Shown here piece by piece: positions 1-27,956 of a stretch of 64,000 nucleotides of DNA. Under the pieces are notes generated by a model that was given only the letters and a program-made list of their open reading frames with translations, had not been told where the DNA came from and searched no databases. Position 1 is the first letter of the stretch. Each line of letters opens with the position of its first letter. The position numbers and the translations under genes are program-made. This DNA is from Haliotis rubra (Eukaryota): positions 558,001-622,000 of the forward strand of contig NW_025767252.1 of assembly GCF_003918875.1 (NCBI RefSeq), read 5' to 3'.

Positions 1-672
1 AATTGCCACAGGTCGAAGAATCTGATCCCCGTAGCCCACACCAGTTAAGTTGCCCTGAACAATCACCAAAGGAGTTCTTTGGCGTGCTGTTATTCCACCC
101 CAAATCATCACGGAACCACCACCAAAGCGATTCCTCTCCAAGACACAGGCCTGTGCATAACGTTCTCCCACGCGTCTATAGGCACGTTGACGTCCATCAC
201 TATGGGAAATGTTAAACCTGGACTCATCTGTAAAAACAACATTTCTCCACCAAAACAAGGGTCTGCGGACATGATTTCGGCACCACATTCGGCGAGCTTG
301 TCGATGACGTTGTGTAAGGATAGGCCGTATGGCGGGACGTCGTGGTCTGATCCCGTGATGACGTAAACGTTGTCGAACTGTGTTGGGGTGGATACGGCGA
401 AGTCCTGGGATGGTTCGGGCAGTCATCACTGCAGTCTGAAACCTGTGGCGAAGATGGGTCACCCTTATCCATATGTCCTGTCTTGGCGTTGTTACACGTG
501 GACGTCCAGAACGTGGCCAATCGATGACGTCATTTGTGTTCTGGTAGCGTCTCACCAGTGCAGAAATGGTGTTCCGGTGGCAGTGGAAATGTGCAGCCAC
601 TTGTCGTTGAGACATTCCCCCACGGACCATCCCAATGGCCTCATGACGTTGTGCAGACGTGGGCCTTGGCAT
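1..672 (-). CDS. Tc1/mariner transposase, N-terminal ~224 aa, open to window edge
   Basis: Manual translation from ATG 672: MPRPTSAQRHEAIGMVRGGMSQRQVAAHFHCHRNTISALVRRYQNT..RSGRPRVTT..WRNVVFTDESRF..GGGSVMIWGGI..QGNLTGVGYGDQILRPVAI. HTH, GRPR and first catalytic D present, with no stop before position 1 (so absent from the ORF track). Confidence 0.93.
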   Translation of the reverse strand, partial: MPRPTSAQRHEAIGMVRGGMSQRQVAAHFHCHRNTISALVRRYQNTNDVIDWPRSGRPRVTTPRQDIWIRVTHLRHRFQTAVMTARTIPGLRRIHPNTVRQRLRHHGIRPRRPAIRPILTQRHRQARRMWCRNHVRRPLFWWRNVVFTDESRFNISHSDGRQRAYRRVGERYAQACVLERNRFGGGSVMIWGGITARQRTPLVIVQGNLTGVGYGDQILRPVAI

Positions 673-972
673 GCTATGCGTTTCAATAGCCGTTTAATTT
701 TTTGAACGATCGCAAGGGCAGGGGTTGAGCTTTCCAAAGTGACAGTATTGTGTGGCATTCATTTGCTCTGTTTCTCTTTCCCGGAATGCACGTGCAACAA
801 CGTATTGCACGTCTCAAGGACGAACCCACAGACGTCACGGAACGTCGCACGTACGTGCATGCATGTTGGATACATGTCACTAATCTCTGAGTTTAAATCC
901 TTATGTGTCTACACAGGTTTGATAAATTTAGATTTTACATTTTTGTATGCACAGTTTCTTTATGTGCCTAGT
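1..972 (-). mobile_element. Tc1-family DNA transposon (5' part)
   Basis: Transposase ORF plus a probable 5' terminus near 950-975 ending in TATA. The other TIR is outside the window. Confidence 0.8.
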
Positions 973-1115
973 ATATATGCCTGTTAAAACATTAAACCTT
1001 TTCGAGAATTTTGAACCAAAGTTGATGTATGAAAAAGCAGTAATTGGTCTAAGTTGAAGATATTTTTAAATCTTGAAAGTTCGTTTCGACCAATGGACAA
1101 AAAATCTTGCTTCAC

Positions 1116-1259
1116 AGGCACGTAGCAAGCCATTTTTTCGTGTAAGCCCGATAGGTTGTAAAGCTTTATATTTAGATAGTATTGAAGGCTTGCCCAACCT
1201 TCTTAGCAACAATCAAGTGTAAGTACGGGCTTTTTTTCATAATGGTAGCTACGCCCCTG
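1116..1259. mobile_element. Short MITE
   Basis: Imperfect TIRs caggcacgtagc ... gctacgcccctg. Confidence 0.5.
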
Positions 1260-3748
1260 GTTCAGCATAAAACAGGGAGTCTGTGAAGTCACATATTCGG
1301 TATCATATTTCCAAACCCACGTTTCCCACCAGTTCGCGAGTATGGCGGGATCTCTGACAACAACTTTGAAACAAACTATAAAACTATTTTTATTTTCTCG
1401 CGTTATCTCGCCGCACAACACGAGATGTGGAGGCCATGCTGAAATCAAGCTGAGAACAACAACAAAAGTTGACAGATCAGAAGTGTCTCCTAATTCATGG
1501 GGTAATCCTATCTACTCTGGCGGCGATCGTTTGGTGACAGTTTTAGATGGTAAGCTGTTTCCCGTCATATGCTCTGATCTGCTTCATGCTTGGGAAGAAA
1601 TGACAGACACATGACATGACTGAAAATCGACAGAAATTTGTCTGGAAATGTCAACTGCTTCCAAGATGTAAAATCAACAAGACCCACTTCTAATGCATTT
1701 TAAGATAACTTTTTAATTTATTGTAATAAGGATGTCAGAAATGAACAGTAGTGTCAATTTGCGGAAACTTGGAACGCTCTTGAAATTAACATCATGGAAA
1801 CACTTCATATGGTTAGACGGTACAAATCAATAATGTTTTGAATTGTTCACTTATATATTAAGACGTTTAAGCTTTCTGTTTTGATGAGTTCTTCCTGTTA
1901 GTTTTCAGTGACATTAGGACCAACTAAAGGTCAGTCGACCTGATAGTCATTATGTTTTGCCAGTATCATGATTGATCATGTGTACATGCCTTTGACATCT
2001 TACTGTTAGTGTCTGTCTGTAAGATTCATTGATAAACATGGAGACCCCTCAAATCTTCATCTATTTATGTTTTGTTTACATAATTTCAATCAATGGATGT
2101 TATGAAGCAATGTTTATGTTTTGAATTTACTAAGCTCTATCAGTTTGTGGTCAACCTCAATGTTACCCATTGTTATGTATTAATATATTATGTCTGCCTT
2201 CTACCAGGATGATCCCAGGACCCATTTACTGCAATAAGATACATTTGGCCTGATGTCAAAGTGAATTGGAAAATAGATGCCCAATAGACAACGACTAAGC
2301 AAAAGAAAATAATTGCACATTTGCAATATTAGAGATAAGAGTATTAGATGTTGTGATATAATTTCCTGACTTGAATTAATGCCCTGAACTATTATAGTTG
2401 GAGGATGGAGGTGTCCGAGTAACATGATGTATCATACCTTGCTTTTGTGCAGATCATATGTAAAAAGATACAAACAACTTTCTAAGCTAATTACGAAATT
2501 TAAGGCAGAAAACAATAACTGGTACAGTTAAACACAGGGCTATGGTAGCTTTCTATTGATGTGTCAACCCCTCGTTAAGACTAATGGCAGAAAAAACAAA
2601 CCAACAGTTTGATGGCAAATTTACGTTACAGTTAAATCCGAATTAGTTTTAATTACATCTGTCTAACGAAACCATATGGGGCAATATGAGCGTTGCATTT
2701 CTACTACCAACGTAAGTTTAGATCAGTACATCCAGAGGAAGTTGATTCCGACATTCCACGATTGCATTGTGTCATCATTGATTTCGGTTACCGTTAATTA
2801 GTCGCTGAAAACTTGTTAGTCGAAATGACACATTTTAATGTTGCGTAAAATACGTTCAAACATAAGCGTAATGTTTCCACCAGTGATGTCAGCTGAAAAG
2901 TTAATTGGTGCAACTAGTAAACCAATTAAACGGACTCGGATGCATTTGTTGGTGTAGTTTACTGTAGGAGTGATTTCACGAAAGCGGAAGAATTAGCAAC
3001 TGACATGCATCGTCTGATGATGAAGAGCGAGACACATGTGACGTAATGTAAAATGGTTCGATTATAAAGGGTGCACACTGGAGAATTTCGCAGTGGGTTC
3101 GGGATAAACGAACATTCAATTGTTACGTCATCAAAAACTATACCTTTATTGTCTGATAATGTATTTTTTTTACGATTGTTCTAACCGCTAGGCATCTTAG
3201 AAGTTGTGATATAATTTCCTGACTTGAATTAATGTTAATGACTGGAGGATGGAGGTGTAATTAACATGATGTATCATACCTTGCTTTTGCAGATCATATG
3301 TAAAACACAAACAACCTAAGCTAACAAACAATAACTGGTACAGTCAACATGTATATTTAGATGTCAACAGTTATGACTAATGGCCAAAACATACCAATAT
3401 TGTTAATCAAATTCCGCAAATACTGTTAAATGACATTTTTTTAATTTATTTCTAAAACATTTGTAAACTGTTTTGTAAACAATGAATTCATACACATAAA
3501 AAATGACACTTTGACCAATGCTTATCGAAACAGTCACTATTACAATTGATAATGCATGTGTATCACTTAACTTCTAAAATTCATTGAGCTGCTCTGGTAC
3601 CAGTTGCAATGTTGGTGGATATACTGTATTTCCAAGTTGAAAATGATATTGATTTTGTGATGCATTGCCAATAACTTTAATTAGGTGTTGTTAAGTGTTC
3701 ATTCCCAAGTGGAAACGAATAAGTTGACCTGGAATTAGTCTGTAAGAG

Positions 3749-4226
3749 AACTAGGTGTGAAACCGACAAAGTTCTGTGATGTAATTAACAATCTTATTCT
3801 AAAATCAACTTACTTCACAAATCAACTGGCAGTATCAGTTTCAAGGTAAAACATTACAACAGCAGTGATTATGGTAATATTCACCTGTCAGCAACAGTAG
3901 CTTGCAGCTATAGGCCCAGACATGGTATGAAATGATCGTCACACACAATGCTGGTCTTCTGGTGACTTGAGATGTTAGATGAGAGGCAACAGCCAACTCC
4001 CGATCATACACCTCTCTCAGGCAGATTCTGGAATAAGGTCCTCATTGCCCTTTCCAGATTGTTCTCTAATATTCTGTGGGTTAGAATGGGCGGAAGCACC
4101 TAGAAATTTGTTTAAATATAAAGCAAGTCTCAATGTAGCACTGCCACAAATAGAATCTTCAGGTACAAGTGTAACAGCTGAAACACTGTTGCACAAGGTA
4201 TGAAACTACCTCATAACAGTGTTTTC
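3749..4226 (+). repeat. Dispersed repeat, second copy at ~53409-54010
   Basis: Shared blocks aactaggtgtga..., taacaat..tattctaaaat, gcagattctggaat in the same order at both loci. Confidence 0.65.
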
Positions 4227-4673
4227 TAGGGCTGCAACAAATACACTATGTGGCGAATATGATATGTATCATGAATATTGGGTAACGAATACAAATAATT
4301 ATTCATGAATACAATATTGTAGTTAAATGATTGACGTACAATATAGAACGCCCATGTTGACAGTTTTGATTTGTCACAGCAATAACCAGTGATCTCATGA
4401 CACTCAGATTTGGTATGTAATAGTTATAGATGACAGTACCATGTGCAGTCTTGGCAAACTAACATGACTTGCGCTACTGCAATGCTAGTACATGTTCCAT
4501 TCTTGCATATCTCACTTTGGAAAAGGACACAAGGGTTCAAGTAAAATAGTAAAACATGCTCCCTTAAAAAAATCGTAAATATTCGTTAATATTCGGTTCA
4601 GGTGACCACAAATAACGAATTGAATTCATGAAGGGCTATGGTCCGAATATGCGAGTGAATTGTTACAGCCTTA
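4227..4673. mobile_element. hAT-type MITE
   Basis: TIRs tagggctgcaacaa / ttgttacagcctta; 8-bp TSD gtgttttc/gtgtttac; subterminal cgaata motifs. Confidence 0.75.
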
Positions 4674-5089
4674 GTGTTTACCTTGCCTCAATCAGTGTCA
4701 CCAGTTATGAATCAGTTGTTTAGCTTGTGTTGGTTTACTGATTTTGAGGAGAATTGGTGATCCTGGTTATATGATACAAAGCAACGAAGATTGTTTTGTC
4801 ATTAAAAGACGGTCATGCTAATGTAATTAATCAAAACCTATAGAGGAGCTCAATGATCCCCGCATCCCTTGACTTAATGGCCATGTTATACTATTATTGG
4901 AGAACAAAGTGTTGAATAGCCCACCACTGATAACTGTAAAACTTACAAGAGTAGGTCATGGAGTAGATAATAGACTATTTTGCGAAAAATGATTGGTCCC
5001 ATATCTGCAGCGGTTCATAATATCTTAGGCACATCCCAGTTCTGTTATATACTTTATAACATCACCAGTGCTGTTATATACCATTTTGT

Positions 5090-5845
5090 TAGGGTCAGGG
5101 GCCAGTGTCAGGTAATAAAGGGCCAGTTACTTGGTAGGGTCAGGTAATAAGGGGCCAGTTACCTGGATGGGTCAGGTAATAAGGGGCCGGTTACCTTATA
5201 GGGTCAGGTAATAAGGGGCCAGTTACCTTATAGGGTCAGGTAATAATGTCAGGTAATAAGGGGCCAGTGTCATGTAATAAAGGGCCAGTTACTTGGTAGG
5301 GTCAGGTAATAAAGGGCCAGTTACTTGGTAGGGTCAGGTAATAAGGGGCCAGTTACCTGGTAGGGTCAGGTAATAAAGGGTCATTTACCTGGTAGGATCA
5401 GGTAATAGGGTCAGGTAATACGGGGCCAGTGTCAGGTAATAAGGGGCCAGTTACTTGGTAGGGTCAGGTAATAAGGGGCCAGTTACTTGGTAGGGTCAGG
5501 TAATAAGGGGCCAGGTATCTGGTAGGGTCAGGAAATAAGGGGCCAGGTATCTGGTAGGTCAGGTAATAAAGGGCCAGGTATCTGGTAGGGTCAGGTAATA
5601 AGGGGCCAGGTATCTGGTAGGGTCGTTTAATACGGGGCTAGATATGTGGTAGGGTCAGGTAATAAGGGGACAGGTATCTGAAAGGGTCAGGTAATACTAA
5701 TAGAGGCCAGTTACCTTATAGGGTCAGGTAATAGAGGCCAGTTACCTTATAGGGTCAGGTAATAGAGGCCTGTTACCTTATAGGGTCAGGTAATAAGGGG
5801 CCGGATAACCAGCAGGGTCAGGTAATAGGGATCAGGTACCTGGGG
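5090..5845. repeat. Minisatellite, ~30-bp unit agggtcaggtaataaggggccagttacctggt
   Basis: More than 20 visible tandem copies. Confidence 0.95.
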
Positions 5846-8809
5846 AGTAAATGTGGACTCATCCCAGCCCTCGTTTCAACGATACTTGCTTAGCTGTTAC
5901 CCTTTTACCAAATGAGTTATGCATTAGACCTGGAAGGCACGTAATTGATCCCTCAGACAAAGGACCGTTGACGTTGCATGACTGGACCCCCTTAGACCTA
6001 GCTCTTTAATGTCACGGAGCACCAGCATTTTATTCAAACATATTTCACAATACAAAGAAAATTCCCCCTTTATGTTAAACCTAGACTATTAAACAGGCAG
6101 ACTATAATTAGCCATGTTAACCTAACTATACTTTTTATGAAATAGTGATGTATTACTGGGACTTGGTAGTAGCGAAGGTCTGAACAAAGCAGGGAGAGAG
6201 AGAGTGTAAGGTAAATATGATAGAGGTGTTTGTTTGTTGAGGTGGGATGGGGGTCTGTCAGGATAAGCTGTGTGTGAGACGTGCAGTGCTCCTTGTGTTT
6301 GTCTCGGTATTACCTCGCAGACCTATATTGTCTACAGACAGGTGAGATATTGTAGTTTCTTTCTCTGTTTAGAGAATTAGAAAGCTTTGTCAGGAATATT
6401 CAAATATTGTTAAAATTATGAATTAAAATGATATTCAAATGTTTGTACATATACATGTATTAGACAATTTGTTCGCTATTGTTTTGTTTGTGCTTATTTC
6501 CACTTGGTTTGTGTGGTAATTTCCAAGTCTGTTTTGCTTGGGCATGTTTTTGAATGAGTTATTGTAAGTGGTGGGAATATTTTAATAGTAACCTCATAGT
6601 ACAGCCTTCTGGATATGTTGAAGACACTGGGGGTTCAGTGGAAACTTTGGTTAGGCAAAATACATTTCTTGTAATGTCTATTGTGTGAAAGTCCATGGGG
6701 CCTATGGCATGAAGTGTATACAATGCAGGATCATTTACAAATATTTGCTTATTTTTTCATATTTCAACTCTTGAAGACATAATTGACATACATAACTTAA
6801 CAGATTGCCATCTGGTGGATTAATGTTTGGCCTGAAGGTCACACATTTATTTGGTATATAAAATACGATAAACTGATAGACAGAGCTCGGAAATGGGAAC
6901 CCTCCGCATTGACCACAATCATCGGTTGCATGAGATCGGCAGCGCTTATACCACAGCTTTTAAATCATATTCAACTTTTTAGAATGAAACAATGAGTGAA
7001 TGACAAATGGTTTAATCTTTGATTATAATCCTTCAGAAATGTATTCATAGTTTGTAATAGGATGCCACCGAAACGGTTGATCATGCTCTTGAGAGTAGTA
7101 CAACATTTTGTTCTCACCACACCATTTGTTTGTCATGTAGTCTGTTACGATATTTGGCAATGATGTGTTTGTAAAACAATCTAAAATAGTCTTACCAAAT
7201 GCATGTAATACATAGTGGATATTATATATTATATGAGTGCCCATGTCATACTATGTTTCCGACACGAATGCCTAAATGTTGGTATTGCGTGAGCGAGGGA
7301 TTTACCAGGCATGAGTGTCGTAAACATGGTATAACATGGGCTCAAATATAATATTCTGTTTATTACCGAAGTGATCAAATTGAGGAGAATAAACCCAAAT
7401 CTACTTTAACAAACATAGGCTGGCTACCTGCCGCCGCTGCATGTAGAACGCAACGCCACAGAAGAAACGTGAAGTCATAGCATTGTTCATAACGTCATGT
7501 CGCCATGACAAAGTGATATTTTGCCATAGGGCACCGTATGAAAAGTATGAACCCTGATATTTTTGCCTTCGTAGGTAATAAATGTGTTGTTCTTATTTGT
7601 CTTAATTATTTATTGCCACCCTGTTGGGACCCAGGGTAGAATGTGTCTGCAGCGGAAAGAGATGACTCAGTTGGGAACATGTGGGGATTCTCGGTTAGAA
7701 TTGGCCTCCTCTGGTGGTGGAACGAGGTAATGGATGGGTGATGTGGTCAGACTTGATTACAGATGGAATAACAGGCTACCATCCTGGCATGGGCTGCTCA
7801 TGATATCAATCACTGGATCGTTTGGTCCAAACCCAACTATTAGCAGGCTTGCCAAACCATGAAGTACCAGATCAATATATTGTCAATTGCATGTGTAGTT
7901 TTGCAAAGAATAATACAGTTATTTAACTGACAGACTTTTCATAAGAATAACTGAGATTCAATAATGAAATTCCATGGTAGAATGCGTGCAGAGATAAACG
8001 CTGATCATATCCCAAGGCTTGTGAGTCATTACCCCAGCAGATATTATCAAGGTGACTACTGAATGTAATCACAATCATCAGTCATGTGTAAACACTGATA
8101 GCATCACCTATTGTATGTTCCCTTCACATTGAGACACAGGCTGGTTGTGTGTGTGAGAGGCTACTGTCTCCACACCCTCACACACACAGCAGTGGGGATT
8201 CATCACGATTCACAACTAACTACCTTTGACAGGCAAACGGGGAAAAACACTTTTTTCTCAACCGCTCAGTAATATTGTGTTTTTATAAACAAGTAACTCT
8301 GCAAAGTGGTACCGGTAGATCGTCCTATAGAACATAAAGTGAGAAATTTGTTGTTCCAATTTTGGAATATTTCTGGAATGAACATGGATTTGCTACACAT
8401 GTGGGCATGAATATCGGCCTCTGGACTGGCCCAGATAACCCCGAGGTATTAAGCACTACATGAGGTGATTTCTCTGGAGTTTTACATTGCAACTGATGTT
8501 AATCTTACCAGTCTTAAGGGGGGAGTGCTCTGGGAAGAGTTACAACTTAACACTCAGTCCACCAGGGGAGATGCTGTAACTCAAACATGAATGATAACAA
8601 ATCATAAGGACATTAAATGTTATGTAATTATCAGCTCTAACAAAAATTCTTCATCAGCCAGTCTTACTTATGTATATTATAGTTATTGCGTCTTTTCTGT
8701 GATTCTGAATTATCACTTTCAGTGAGTTGGCCATGTTTGAAATATCAAATGTTGGATTAAACAAACCTATCTCTATCTTCTATCTTTATCAGGGTGTGAA
8801 AACTTATCA

Positions 8810-8929
8810 GAGGGGTTCACAAAGTCTGCAGTCTAGACTACCAGTTGTCAGAGGGGTACACAGTCTGCAGTCTAGACTACCAGTTGTCAGAAGGGTACAC
8901 AAAGTACGTGATCTAGACTACCAGTTGTC
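8810..8929. repeat. Three tandem copies of a ~39-41-bp unit
   Basis: agaggggtacaca(a)agtctgcagtctagactaccagttgtc repeated. Confidence 0.85.
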
Positions 8930-9090
8930 CGACTTTGTGGAAGCGGCAGTGGCTGAGTGGGTAAGGCGGCTGACTTTGCGTGCTGGCGATTAGGTGCCTG
9001 ACTCTGGGGGTGTGGATTCGAATCCTGTACTTTACTAAGATTAAGAAAGTGTAATCCCCAATATAATATGTTACTATCATGGTGGTAACT

Positions 9091-9256
9091 GGGGCGGTTG
9101 GGTAGCCTAGTGGTTAAAGCGTTCGCTCGTCACGCAGAAGGCCTGGGTTCGATGCCCCACATCGGTACAATTTGTGAAGTCCATTTCTGGTGTCCATCGC
9201 TGTGATATTGCTGAAATATTGCTAAAAATGGCATAAAAACATAGTCAGTCAGTCAG
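9091..9256 (+). mobile_element. tRNA-derived SINE (family A)
   Basis: A-box tagcctagtgg, B-box ggttcga, (agtc)n tail, TSD tcatggtggtaact. Confidence 0.9.
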
Positions 9257-9907
9257 TCATGGTGGTAACTTATAGAGAGATGAAGGTACAGCCCAGCTGG
9301 CTGTCTTGGAAATAATAGTTCTGGCCATTCTGATCTCTGATGTGTCAAGGAATGTGCCTTCATTAAAAACATCCTCTTTCTGCAAGTATGTCCTGATCCC
9401 CAAACTGGATTGGTCACTGTGCATGAAAATAATATTTCTTGGTGCCTTAGTTTTGGTAACTCCTAATTCGTTAACTGACATTGGGAGAGAACCACGGCTT
9501 GTTGCCAGAAACACAGACCTTCTCACACGCTTGGTATTTTAAAGGCAGAAGGCTGCAGTGTTAGCTACTCTTCTTCAAAGGTTTTTAGTGATTTGACTAA
9601 GCAGTGCTTCCTGGGAGAAGTCCCATTCTGGGCTGCCTGTAGAGGGGAAAGGGACCTGAGCTGATGATGAGTCTGAATCACCTGAACTTGCCAGGATCAC
9701 CTGAACCGTATTTGTGTCATTTAATTATCCTAATCTGTAAAAATAATAGTAACTCTATAATGGCACAACACTATTATCTTGATCAGTGGATCAGTGAGCA
9801 CTAACCTTTTGACACTCCGCTCCCGGGTAGTCCATCTTGGGGGTGTGGCTGATGGCATGGATGAGGGCTTAGCTTTCACTGGTTGACCTGATTTAGACTC
9901 TAGTTTC

Positions 9908-10050
9908 AGGGTAGCTTAGTGGTTTAAGTGTTCACTCATCATGCCGAAGGCAAGGGTTTGATTCCCCACATGGTTACAATGTGTGAAACACATTTCTGGT
10001 ACCCCAGCAGTGATTTGCTGGAATATTGCTAAAAGTGGTGTAAAACTAAA
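9908..10050 (+). mobile_element. SINE family A, diverged
   Basis: Colinear with the other copies. Confidence 0.8.
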
Positions 10051-10445
10051 TAGTGTGGCATAGTCTTGTCTGAGAGTGAGTAAGTGAGTGAGGACTTTGG
10101 GATATTGCTGATGTTCACTTATTGTACTGGTTTGTTGCAGGCCTGTGCTGTGAGCAGCTACAGGGGCAGCTGTCCCCAGCATGATCTTACATCTTCCTCC
10201 ACAACCTGATGGAGCTGGCTTCCTGATACATATCTGACAAATACTCATCAACACATATCTTTTCCTCATGGAGATCTCAACGTCCACATGACCTGTCTGT
10301 TATCATTCGTTCTGAAGTTAAAACAAATATCCTCTCAGTGAAATTAATTTTCAAGTAAAAAATAATAAGTTCGATTTGGAGGCGTTCATGTATATGTGAT
10401 GTAGACATGTGAATATGTCTTCTCGTTGACCGGCCACTGTGAATT

Positions 10446-25838
<15,393 letters not shown>

Positions 25839-26338
25839 CTAGGAAGTCCAGTCCACGGGAATCTCAATCTGAATCAAAATATATCGAGTTAGTGGAGGTG
25901 TAGAACATGTTGAAGGTTTACAATTGTTTTGTGACACAACGTTTGTATTTGTGTTTGAATGAGTGTGAATTTACAACTTACAGTATGACTGCCAAACAGT
26001 TTTTTAAGCTGACATAGGTTTGATGGAAAGTGAGTGATATGTTTCCTCTTGAGTTATCTCTGAGTTAACATCTGCCGTGTCTTCTTGTGAGGTTGTTTAA
26101 TTCCCATTCCCAGTGGCGACACATAAGACCGGTCCCTCTACAGCTCTAACATGTTTCTCTGGTGCTTTCTGTTTTCGATATTTGGCAGTTGTTTCCTGAT
26201 TCTTTTGTAACATCCCCTAAAGTAGTTTTCACAATTCTCGACTGTTTCGCAATCTTGGTATGTAATGTCTGAAATGGATTTGCATTGACCACACACTGTA
26301 CTGAAACTGAATTCTGTTATCTCGAGATGGAGTATGGG

Positions 26339-26673
26339 TGGTGGTGGTGGTGGAATTGGGTTTAACGTCGTGCTTGAGAATATTTCGCTCATATGACGAC
26401 GTGCATGCATGTGTATGTGCATGTGCGGCTGCTTGTACTAGCCCAGACTGAAGCTGGTTTTATAGTGCTAGCCCACTGAGATACCATGCCGCAGTGAAGC
26501 ATGAATACCCCACTCAGACACATTATACTGACTCCGAGCTGACCAGTCCTTGTTAGACCCATTAATGCCGAGCGCCAGGCAGGGACCAACAAGTACCATA
26601 TTTTAACGTCTTTTGGTATGACGCGGCTGGGGATCTCCGGGCGGATGCTCTAACCACTACACCACGGAGGCGG
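26339..26673 (-). mobile_element. tRNA-derived SINE (family B) with (cca)n tail
   Basis: Minus-strand head gcctccgtggtgtagtggttagagcat; 19-bp TSD tctcgagatggagtatggg at 26320-26338 and 26674-26692. Confidence 0.88.
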
Positions 26674-27850
26674 TCTCGAGATGGAGTATGGGGACTCCAG
26701 ATTCAGATTAGTACCAAGATTGATTCAATAAATTGCTTTGTGCAAATTCATGTGCTTCAGTCCAACAGTAAGTCTAAACCCGACTGGTCGAGTTCCTGAA
26801 AGTCTTCAGTTAGAAACTCCAGACCAGAAACCCCTCTATCATCTTAGTTCTACAGCTTTTGTAAGTGTTAGTTTCACCCAGGTGTTGTCCGCACTACAGA
26901 TATTTTAATGGTTGATACTCATTGAGGTCTTTGGCCAAAAAATCAGGTAACCTGACCGTCCCATTCCTTCTCTTGTGACACATATGTTTTTATATCACAG
27001 CTGGAAACAGCTGTCATGAGACCCATCTTCAGCATTTAAAAAAAACATTGGATGCTTCCACATGTCATTGTCTGACTACAAGTCAGATCTGAACAAGTCA
27101 TCCATCAAGGCGAGAATCTATGGATATCAACTTCTTTATTTTGAGGAACATTACATTTTGGGGTATATTCTTACTCCTCCATCAGGTGAAGTCATCTGTG
27201 TTGCACATTAGAATAATATTAAATATAAACAAAAAACTTCCAACAACCCAGTATTTTGGGTTCATGTCACATGTTTCAGTTAAGTGTGAGCAACGGTCGT
27301 TGTTAGTATACAGACATTATGATGGTCTTTGTATTAGACAGCTTTGTGGAACATGTCTCCGGACTCCAGGTGGAAGCTGTGCAGCTTCATATCTCGCCCA
27401 GTTGGTCAGAAACTTGGAATTGGTAGTTAAGGAATACTGTTTGTGTACGTGCCAGTATATAATGAGAACATGTGGACTATGTACAAGTGGCTGTGGTATA
27501 TATAGGACTATGTAACATATGTGAACATTATGTATAGATATATAATCGTTGCTCATTCACCACTGAGCATTACAAAAGTGGATTGAATATTTTAACCTTG
27601 GACGGCTCGGTTTGTTGGAGAAGTCCCTCCTCATGTATATTCATCATGATTTAGAACAGATCCTGTAGTCAGTCTGATTACAAACTTTCCATGTCTGTTT
27701 CCATGATTTAACACTATGTGATTATGAAAACTGGCACAATCCTTGCCCTTCATGACTGATGAACCAATGTAGCAGGTTAGATTTGATTGTCTCCCTTGAA
27801 TTGTTCCACATCCTGGCTGATTGTTATCAGAGAAATTTACTGTTATGCTC

Positions 27851-27956
27851 ACTGGCGGATCAGGACTAGGGGAGATGGGAGGGGTGCACATGTTGTTTGT
27901 CCATGTTGTGTGGGCAGAGTACAGTCCCCTGGTTGAAAGTCCTGGATCTGCCTCTG
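27851..27956. mobile_element. Short MITE (ggcggatc/gatctgcc termini)
   Basis: actggcggatcaggact ... agtcctggatctgcctctg. Confidence 0.55.
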
